From Octopus vulgaris (taxonomy: Eukaryota), in NCBI GenBank assembly GCA_951406725.2, contig OX597820.1:37696001-37760000 (forward strand): 64,000 bases of DNA, written 5' to 3'. The notes under the pieces were generated by a model, which was given only the letters and a program-made list of their open reading frames with translations, had not been told where the DNA came from and did not search any database. The position numbers and the translations under genes are program-made. Within the stretch, counting starts at the first letter, position 1, and each line of letters opens with the position of its first letter. Below are positions 54,230-64,000 of this stretch, in pieces.

Positions 54230-54571
54230 TATTCTGAGACCCCCTTCGGTCACGATACAGACCATGGGATTGCACCTAGAAAGTTACCCTCCCAGGCACA
54301 AGTCCGGACAAGGTTGTATATGGAAGACCAGCAGTCGCCCATGCATATCAGCCTCCCCTCTTCACGCCACCAGTGTTATCCAAGGGAAAGGCAAAAGCTG
54401 ATACAGCTTGGCACCTGTGACGTCACAACCCATTTCTATAGCTGAGTGAACTGGAGCAACGTGAAATAAAGTGTCTTGCTCAAGAACACAACACGCAGCT
54501 CGGTCCGGGATTTGATCTCACATCCTCACGATCGTAAGCTCGACGCTCTAACCACTGAGCCATGCGCCTTC
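54230..54571 (-). mobile_element. tRNA-derived SINE (second Arg-like family)
   Basis: Minus strand gaaggcgcatggctcagtggttagagcgtcgagcttacgatcg...ttgagcaagacact. Confidence 0.78.
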
Positions 54572-55412
54572 ACTAGAATATAATATAAGTAAATAAAGTA
54601 AATTTCGGCTCCTAGCATTGTAATGAAATGACTAAATTGTGTGACAGAGATTCAGAGCATTAAGTTTTTGCTTCTGTATGAATACGGTAGGCATGTGTGA
54701 GTATTTTATCTTAAAGATCCATGTATCTTGAAAGAGGGAATGGACTTTGGCGGGATTTGAACTATGTATGTAAAAAGATTTAATCAAATAAGGGAAGGTA
54801 TTATATTTTCGAGGCTGACGCAAATCTGCAGACCGTATTTATTCAGGGAAGATAACCCATACTTGATGCTCTCTACTTTCAATTTAAGGGAGAGAACCGA
54901 TGTTCGGCTAAAGGTGTATAGAAAATTATCGCTGACGTAAATGTCACAGATGTGGACACAGCAAAATTTAAAATGGTCATTGTACGTTAATTTTGGAAGT
55001 GTGTTTCCTTTTATATATTGTATGTGAGAGATAAACTGGGATTACATTATCCGCATCGCGGTTTCGGTCATTAGGAAGCAGTGAAAGCGAGAATTACTGT
55101 AAAAATTTCAAATGTGCACGTGTAACTCACACGCTCGTGCACACACACACACACACACACACTTATAAATCTGTGAATTCTCGACCTCATCTCTCTCTCC
55201 ACATACGCATACATGGACGAGGACACACATACACACAAATATACACGCACAAACACACACGCATAATATCTGTGTGTGTATGTGTGTGTGTGTTTTTGCG
55301 CGCGCGCATGTGTGTATGTGTGTAAATAGAGTTAGATAAATAGAGAGAGAAAGAGAGAGAGAATCTATAGATTCATAAATGTGTGTGTATGTGTGGATGT
55401 TTCTATTCAATT

Positions 55413-55454
<42 letters not shown>

Positions 55455-55551
55455 CGGGAAGCTTTATGAAAATAGACAAAAGACGAAGGCAGGTGGAGTA
55501 CAAACAAACAATTGTATTAGTATGGCGCTCAGGAATATAAATAAAACAAGT

Positions 55552-55587
55552 CTTTTACGTTTCGAGCCTACGCTCTTCAACAGAAAG
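55552..55587 (-). ncRNA. Minimal hammerhead, CUGUUGA (A6U) core variant
   Basis: Minus strand cttt-CTGTTGA-a-gagc-gtag-gctc-GAAA-cg-TA-aaag, inside a ~200 bp element flanked by (TA)n. Confidence 0.7.
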
Positions 55588-55663
55588 ATACACAGAAAAG
55601 AAACACAGAAAGAAACAAGGAGAGAAAAAAAAATGCGTGCAGAGGCTAGCGAATCAACATGGC

Positions 55664-55734
<71 letters not shown>

Positions 55735-56139
55735 GAGGGGAGGAGAAGGTGAAAGAGAGAGATATACAAAGAAAGATGGACGGATAGATAGGGAGAAAGA
55801 CAGAGAAAGAGGGGAGAAGCGAAAGAGAAAGAGAGATAAAGAGAGAGAGAAAGGTTTAGTATGATATGTATACATATATATGTACATTATAATACTTATG
55901 TGGTGCAGGTAACATATTTCATGTAGAGAGTTGAAAAAATTGTTTAATAAAATGTCTCTATAATGCTAACGAGGAAGAAAGATTAACTTATGTGATTAAG
56001 TCTGCTCGTAAAAAGCCGTAACGTCTAGTGAAGGGGGACAACTCCGAAATCCAGATTAGAATGAGGGCTTGCAGTGTGTTTGTGAATGTGATTTACCTCA
56101 GATTAGCTCGTTTGCAGAAAGAGGAGTCGTGTTGTTCTG

Positions 56140-56225
<86 letters not shown>

Positions 56226-56387
56226 TAGTGAATGTGTGTGTGTGTACTATCTGTCTGTCTGACGAATCGCCTGTAGCACTGGAGTGGTACTTCATAAATC
56301 TCCCCCAGCATGATGAGCGGCAAAGAAGAACTCGGTGGAATTTGAACTTAACTCAGAGCGCAGAGTTAAGGTTGCAAGCTATTATAA

Positions 56388-56476
<89 letters not shown>

Positions 56477-56824
56477 GTATGTAAATTAATAAGATACATA
56501 CATTATAAGATATATACTTTTATATACATACATATATATATATATATATATTTATATATACACGTGGGCTCTACAGAAGCACCTACCATGCCTATAGTAG
56601 ATTTGTGACTATCCTATGACACAGAAGTATTTTTGACTTCAATTTTTAGCGATGTAGGTGCTCATGTAGTGCCCTCGTGTGTGTGTGTGTATGTATGGAA
56701 CCAATTTTGACGTCATTGCTTATAACGGATTATTTTAAATAAATACTCATTATCACTGTGGAAACCATGTAGGCAGTCATTAAGAAGCTTTTGTTCGTCT
56801 TGAGGCTGATAGAGGTTCCTTGTA

Positions 56825-56905
56825 TTTCCTGATGAGAAGACGGCATAATGCAAACTTCATTCCTTCGGAATTAGGAGTATGCAGTCTTCGAAACATATGT
56901 CGAAA
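56825..56905 (+). ncRNA. Canonical type-I hammerhead ribozyme
   Basis: tttc-CTGATGA-gaagac...gtcttc-GAAA-catatg-TC-gaaa: perfect stem I and stem II base, extended stem II capped by a ttcg-loop hairpin, palindromic ACATATGT stem III, GUC triplet. Confidence 0.88.
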
Positions 56906-56949
56906 GTAAAGGAATTTTGTTAAAATCTTCGTTCGACTCCATTCTTTTC

Positions 56950-57013
<64 letters not shown>

Positions 57014-57147
57014 TAGAGAAAAGCCTCTATTAAACATTTCAATAGTGAAAGACGTTATTCGCACCATATAGGAAACATATACTATAAAAACCTTATTCTA
57101 AAAATCAATGAAGTACATAAACAATAAATAGTAAATAGTAGTAAAAC

Positions 57148-57290
57148 GTCTACGCGCGTTTCGTGGCTATATTTTCAAATAGATAATAATAATAAAATCA
57201 ATTCGATTTTAAACCTAAATCTTATAATGTATGTATGTATTTTATTAATTTGCCTGTACGTCTGATAATTCGCTTGCCACTCGTGATGAT
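57148..57290 (-). ncRNA. Decayed hammerhead motif
   Basis: Minus strand ATCACGA-gtggc...gccac-GAAA-cgcgcg-TA-ga; stems II and III intact, core 5' strand mutated. Confidence 0.5.
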
Positions 57291-57323
57291 ATTTTAATAA
57301 TACCACCCCTTCTTAAATTTATG

Positions 57324-57381
<58 letters not shown>

Positions 57382-57421
57382 AGTCTTTTTTTATTCTCTC
57401 TGTGTATATTTTCGCATATTC

Positions 57422-57457
57422 CTTTCTGTTGAAGAGCGTAGGCTCGAAACGTAAAAG
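57422..57457 (+). ncRNA. Minimal hammerhead, CUGUUGA variant (second copy)
   Basis: 36 nt identical to the reverse complement of 55552-55587, while the flanking element sequence is diverged. Confidence 0.7.
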
Positions 57458-58039
57458 ACACTCTCACTTTCCCGAGTGTGAAGCTAATATACCTGTTTGT
57501 TGTTCATACACCTGTCTGCGTCTTTTGTTTTTCTGTAAAATTCAACAATGTATATATATATATAATTATAAATGTAGTCCTACTTAACGTACACTCCCGA
57601 ACACATATTCATACACATAAAGAAATAATTACATAATTACATACACGGTCACACAGACACATACGTACGCACACACGCACAAATATATGGAAACGCATGC
57701 AGTAAGTTGCAAATTTTGTTTTTAAACCAACCAAATCTATTTGAAATACGACATACAAGCATGAAATATATAACAACTTGACGAACCAAAGAGGCAGTGT
57801 GCAGTTAATAGCTTTTGTTGCTAGAAATAGCAGCCAAATCTACCTGAAACTGGTTTTAAATTTTGGCACAAGTCCAGCAATTTTCAGGAGGAGATAAGTC
57901 GATTACAAGTCGGCGGAATTAATACCCAGAACATAAAGGCAGACGAAATGCCACTAAGCATTTAGTCAAGTGTGCTAACGATTCTGCTTACTCGCCGCCC
58001 TATATAATTTTAATAATGGCTTCAAATTTTGCCACAAGA

Positions 58040-58770
58040 CCAGCAATTGTAAAGTGGGTGGGAGATGTCGATTACATTGACACCAATGTTCAACTGGTGC
58101 TTATTTTATCGAACCCGAAAGAATGAAAGGCAAAGTCGACCTCGGCAGAATTTTAACTCACAACGTAGCAGCAGACGAAATACCTATTTCTTTACTACCC
58201 ACAAGGGGTTAAACACAGAGGAGACAATCAAGGACAGACAGACGGATTAAGTCGATTATATCGACCCCAGTGCGTAACTGGTACTTATTTAATCGACCTC
58301 GAAAGGATGAAAGGCAAAGTGGACCTCGACGGAATTTGAATTCAGAACGTAGCGGCAGACGAAATACTAATTTCTTTACTACCCGCAAGGGGCTAAACAC
58401 AGAGAGGACAAACAAGGACAGACAAAGGGACTAAGTCAATTACATCGACCCCAGTGCGTAACTGGTACTTATTTAATCGACCCCGAAAGGATGAAAGACA
58501 AAGTCAACCTCGGCGGAATTTGCACTCAGAACGTAGCGGCAGACGAAATACCAATTTCTTTACTACCCACAAGGGGCTAAACACAGAGGCGACAAACGGA
58601 TTAAGTCGATAACATCGACCCCAGTGCTTAACTGGTACTTAATTCATCGACCCCGAAAGGATGAAGAGCAAAATGGACCTCGGCAGAATTTGAACTCAGA
58701 GCGTAATGGCAGACGAAATACTGCTCAGCGTTTTTCCTGGTTTGATAATGATCCTGCCAGTTTTCCGCCC
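58040..58770 (-). mobile_element. Head-to-tail tandem of ~4 partial SINE copies (~180 bp period)
   Basis: Repeated tttctttactacccacaagggg...cagacgaaatac units of the 53049 SINE family. Confidence 0.85.
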
Positions 58771-59009
58771 TAACATCTGCCTGAAATTACACCCTAACGC
58801 TTGTTTTTAGAAATCAAAGGACACACTTGTGAGAGATGTACTATAAATAAAAGATGAGAGGGACATGGTTGTAATGCGTTTAATGATAGATCTGCTAGGT
58901 TAGGGTTTCTTTGGAATTAAACAATAACAGTAGGCTTTGAACTCGTCTAATGATAAGGCTTTGGACTCGTATAATTTGACACGTACAGGATTGGCCAACA
59001 TAAAGCTTC

Positions 59010-60219
59010 AGCACCAACAGTAGCAGCAACAGATTCAACACCGACTACAACACTAGTACCACCAGCAGCAGCAGCAGCAGCAGCACGAAATTAGCACCAA
59101 CATCAGTAGTTGCAGCAACATTAGCAACAACGGTAGCAACAATAGCAACAGCAACGGCAGCAGTAGCGGCAACTATAACAGCAATAACGAAATCAGCGGC
59201 AGTAGCAGCGTCAGCAGCCGCAGCAGAGGTAGAAATACGAGCCGCAGCAGCTGTAGCAGCAGCAGCAGCAGCAATTGCAGCCATTGAAAGAAAACTAGCA
59301 GCGTCAGCAGCAGTAGCAGCAGTTTTAGCTGTAACAGCAACAGCAGCATTCACAGCAACATTAGATGCAGCAATAACAGAAACAGCTGCAATAACAAGTG
59401 TGGCATTATCAGCAACAGCAGCAATACATACATACATGCATGCATACATACATACATACATACATGCATGCATACATACATACATACATACATGCATGCA
59501 TACATACATACATAATGCAGAGATACATACATACATACAGACATACATGCATGCATGCATACATACATACATACATACATACATACATGCATATATACAT
59601 ACATACATGCATTGCATACATAATACGTACACACATACATGCATACATGCATACACACATACATACATACATACATCCATGCATCCATGCATACATACAT
59701 ACATACATACATATATACATACATGCATGCATGCATACATACACACATGCATGCATACATACATACATACATACGTACGTACATACATACATACATGCAT
59801 GCATACATAATACGTACACACACATACATGCATGCATTTATACATATATACATACGTACATACATACATGCATGCATACATACATACATGCATGCATACA
59901 TACATACGTACGTACATACATACATACACGTACATGCATGCATACATAATACGTACACACATACATACATACATACATACATACATACATACATACATAC
60001 ATACATACATGCATACATACATGCATGCATGCATACATACATACGTGCATGCATGCATACATACATACGTGCATGTATGCATACGTACGTACATACATAC
60101 ATACATGCATGCATACATAATACGTACATTCACACATGCATACATACATACATACATACATACATACATACATACATAATACATGCATAAACCACACACA
60201 CACACACATACACACACAC

Positions 60220-60275
<56 letters not shown>
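59010..60275. repeat. Degenerate (CAG/CAA)n followed by (CATA/CATG)n and (TA)n simple repeats
   Basis: Direct inspection. Confidence 0.92.
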
Positions 60276-60279
<4 letters not shown>

Positions 60280-60933
60280 GCTTTCCAACGAGTGACCATG
60301 TACCAACGTGAGAACCTCTATGTGGTTGCTCGATCTACAAGAAATAGTAGCCAAATCTCCCTCAGAATCATACACTCACCTTCTTTAAAGAAGAACGGAT
60401 TAGATAATGTAATTCTAGTTAGAATTAAAGAAGGCAAGATGATGAAGATTCTGACCATATTTTATATCTGATTCATTAGGGTTGACCAAGAACTAAACAA
60501 CAACAACAACAAGACTACCACTACCGCCACCACTACCGCCACCACTACCGCCACCACTACCACCAGCAGTAGCAGCAACTGTAGGAGGATCGCGGTTTCG
60601 ATTCCCAGACCGGGCGTTGTGTGTTTATTGAGCGAAAATACCTAAAGCTCCATGGGGCTCTGACAGGGGGTGGTGGCGACCCCTGTTGTACTCTTTCGCC
60701 CCAACTTTCTCTCACTCTTTCTTCCCGTTTCTTGTCCCCGACTTCCTACGCAACCGCTGAGCCTAGATGCGCATTCATCCATCCGTCGATGCTCTCAGTG
60801 TCGGGGGTTGACCTACTTTCTCTTCTGCAGGTCTTACAAATAGCAAAAGGACCACGTTTCGGACTTCTCCCATCTTGCAAGCTCTGGGACGAAGACCCAG
60901 CTCAACAGAAGCAACAGTAGCAACATCAGCTGT

Positions 60934-61409
60934 GGAGGCGCAATTTCCCAGTGGTTAGGGCAGCGGACTTGCGGTCGTAAGAACGCGGTTTCGATTCTCA
61001 GACCGGGCATTGTGAGTGTTTATTGAGCAAAAATACTTAAGCTCCACGAGGCTCCGGCGGGGGTGTTGGTGAACCCCGCTGTACTCTTTCACCACAACTT
61101 TCTCTCACTCTTTCTTCTTACTTCTGCTACAAAGCAGAGGAACCATGGTGCAACCCGCTACGGTGTGGTAAACTTTCAGACCCTAGTCTAGATTGCGAAT
61201 CCTCTGTAGCTCAGGATGGTTCACCGCTCCACCCGTTAAAACCCACCGTTTACGGAATGAGGATAACAACGTAGCTTTCGCTCCCGTGGAACCGCCAGTC
61301 TATCGCGTGTGGTGGGTGGATCTTAAAGTTGCTGCACACATTCTTAGTAGCTTAGAGTAGGCTCGAATTAGAGATTATTCTTTGTGGCTAATGGCGTGAG
61401 TCCTGATTG

Positions 61410-61454
<45 letters not shown>

Positions 61455-61563
61455 GAAGAAGAAGAAGAAGAAGAAGGAGAAGGAGAAGAAGAAGGAGAAG
61501 GAGAAGAAGAAGAAGAAGGAGAAGAAGAAGAAGAAGAAGAAGAAGAAGAAGAAGAAGAAGAAG
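60934..61563 (+). mobile_element. Long tRNA-headed SINE with (AAT)n(AAG)n tail
   Basis: Paralog of 50807-51275; a related partial head lies at ~60585-60725. Confidence 0.78.
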
Positions 61564-63039
61564 CAGCAGCAGCAACAACAATTGTAGCAGCAACAACAGA
61601 AGCGCCAACAACGGTAACAACAACAACAACAATAACAACTGCAGCAGCACCAACAGCATGAACACACAGCAGCAACAAGAGCAGCAGCAATAACAGCAGT
61701 CAAATAAATTTAGTATCGCGGATTTCAATGTATAACTGAATGTATTTTGCTGCTGTTGTTGCAGCCGATGTTGCTGCTGCCTCTGCTGCTGTTTTTGTGG
61801 TTGCTGTTATTGACGTGCTGTCATAAATCAGTAAAAGGTTAGCGGATTGGCAGAATCGCTAGAGCTTAGCGACATTTGTTCCAAGTCTGAGTTCAATTCC
61901 GAGTTCAAATCCCGCTGAGGTCAAGTTTGCCTTTCATTTCTCCGTTATCGAAGTATCAGCGTCTATCGGAGTCGATGCTATTGGCTAGGCCCCTCCTCTT
62001 AACATTTCTGTGTTTTTTTGAATCTAAGTCAGAAATCATTATTACGAGGTGGTGAGTTGAGAGAATATTTGAGCATTGGAAAAAAAATGTTTGTTCTAAG
62101 TCTTTAGTCGCTGAGTTCAATTCTCACTGAAGCCAACTTTACCTTTCATCACTTCGCAGTCGATAAAATAACGTACCAGTGAAGTACTGAGATCGACTGT
62201 ATTAATTAGCCCCTTCTCCCCAGCTATGCTAGCCTTGTGGTTAACATAGAAAACGTTAATAAGTCGACAGGTATTAAGAATCGTTAGCACGTTGTACAAG
62301 GCTTAGCTGTATTTCACCCGTTCTGACTTCAAGTTCTACCGAGGTCGACTTTGCCCTTTATCTTTTTTAAAGGCAGAAAGCTGGCAGAATCGTTAGCATG
62401 ACGTACACAATGCTTTTGTCCGTCTTTATGTTCAGAGCTCAAATTGTGACGAGGTTGATTTTGCCTTTTATCCTTTTAAAGGTGGCAAGCTGGCAGAATC
62501 ATTAGCACACCATGCAAGATTCTTAGCAGCATTTCGTCCGTCTTTATGTTTGAGTTCAAATTCTGCTGAGGTCAACTTTACCTTTCATCCTTTCGAGATA
62601 AATAAGTACTAGTTCAGCACTGGAGTCAATGTAATCGATTTACTTCTTCCTCTGAACTGCTGGCTTTGCGCCAAAATTTGGAACCAATAAATAGATGGGT
62701 AACAAATTGGTAGAGTCGCTAGAGCATCAGACAGAATGCTTGGCAATATTTGTTTCAGCTCTTTACATTCTGAGTTCAAGTCCACAGAGGCCAGCTTTAC
62801 CTTTCATCCTTTTACAGTCGATAGAATATAGTATGAGTGAAGCATCAGAGCAGATTGTATAAATTAAAACCCTCCCACAAATTTCAGATTTAGTGTCTAT
62901 GCTTCAAATGATTGCTTTACACTAGTGTAAGAAGATCTAAACTTTGTAAAGGAAAGGTAAAGCTAAATGCCACAGGTTTCAGCCTATGATTCTAGGATTG
63001 GTATTTTATCAATCATCCTTTGTGAGATGATAAGCGAAG

Positions 63040-64000
63040 TCAGGTGTAGCTCAGAATCGGGCGGCGGGGTTGCACTGCTGGCAGTCTTTTTCGACCTGGA
63101 TGGTAAGTTGGTAGTCCTATACGTGAGTGGCTGAGAAAGTGGCGCCTTCAGATTGGTGACCATTTTGTCCCGACAGTGCTGGAAGGCCAGATTTCTTCAG
63201 ATGTTTAGAGAATTCTTGGGAATGTCTCGCTCTATAGTACTAGTAGGGGACAGGATGCACACTGTAGTAGGGGCTAATACATTGTAGTAAGAGGTGCAAA
63301 AGCTTTGAAAACCTGCTCTGGAACTTCCAGCGTGGGCATGGAGCAACATCAGCGGATCATCCAGATCGTATCCAGAGTATTTGTTAGGTCAGTGGATAGG
63401 GTTGTGTAGGTTGTCGATAGTTCAAATTAGCCGGCTACACGGACGGCATATTTGCGATCTGCTTTGTCGATTTAGATAGGACTCGTAGACAGGGACCAGG
63501 TTACCAGAAGTTCTTACTGGTATGCAAAAACTACACGGATCGGATTAGTGAACTAGCTAAGCGGCAGTGGACGAGGGCAATCGTCAAAAACAGGTGATGG
63601 GTCACCCTGAAGAGGGTGATTAGAATAGAATCAATAGCGTTTAGCAAAGAACTGGCAAAACAAAGAAATATATTAGGAGAACTAGTTAGTAACTTAGAAG
63701 AGACGATTGGTAAAAGCATCGTGATCGACGTACCAGTGGCGAGAATGGCCCCTGACCATTTCCTTGAGGCAAAACACGAAATCTGCGTTGTCAAAGCTAA
63801 GGTCCGTGCGCTCAAACGCGAAGGAACTAAAGTCATCCGATGGAGACAAGATGAGGCAATAAAACTACGATTAGGTCTTTGAGAGGCCGAGGCGGGCGGG
63901 TACTTCTCGGTTCCGAACAGGTGTGTGCGACTTTCCAGCGGCACTTCGCACGATTGTTTGGGGAGGGTGATGAGTCGGTGACAGCAGGGGAGTTTAGTCC
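63040..64000 (+). mobile_element. Degenerate Tx1/L1-clade LINE ORF2 fragment (endonuclease end + linker)
   Basis: Remnants PAWAWSN, SRSY, GYTD, GPGYQKF (cf. GYWKLN) and FLEAKHEICVVKAKVR; CpG-rich; runs off the window end. Confidence 0.6.

Noticed and set aside
55050-55195. Possible minus-strand hammerhead (gatgaggtc...gaccgaaaccgcg)
   Set aside because: Core 5' strand, cleavage triplet and stem I are not satisfied; too degenerate to call.
59045-60277. 410-aa minus-strand ORF with an Ala-rich tail
   Set aside because: Made entirely of (TATG)n and degenerate (CTG)n simple repeats; no splice or domain evidence.

Overview
AT-rich, repeat-dense metazoan DNA that most resembles a cephalopod (Octopus-like) genome; this attribution is inferred from the SINE, RTE and microsatellite content, not from a search. 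The only host coding sequence I can support is the last two exons of a PP2C/PPM-family phosphatase (+ strand, 3074-3219 and 5163-5366). The rest is mobile DNA and simple repeats: RTE, R4/NeSL-type (RLE), CR1 (long uninterrupted ORF2) and Tx1/L1-type LINEs; a fold-back Penelope-like element (PLE); a decayed hAT transposon; Tc1/mariner, hAT, Merlin-like and piggyBac-like MITEs; a solo LTR; and many tRNA-derived SINEs. Two things stand out. (1) About eight minimal type-I hammerhead ribozyme motifs from several unrelated sequence families. Nearly all have a palindromic stem III, some have non-canonical cores (U3-A8, A6U), and several sit in PLE-style inverted insertions, including one tRNA-headed element. 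(2) An 11-copy 520-bp tandem array that fuses an internally deleted R4-type LINE end to ~270 bp of unrecognised, stop-free sequence. All coordinates were read by eye, and family names come from motif recognition.
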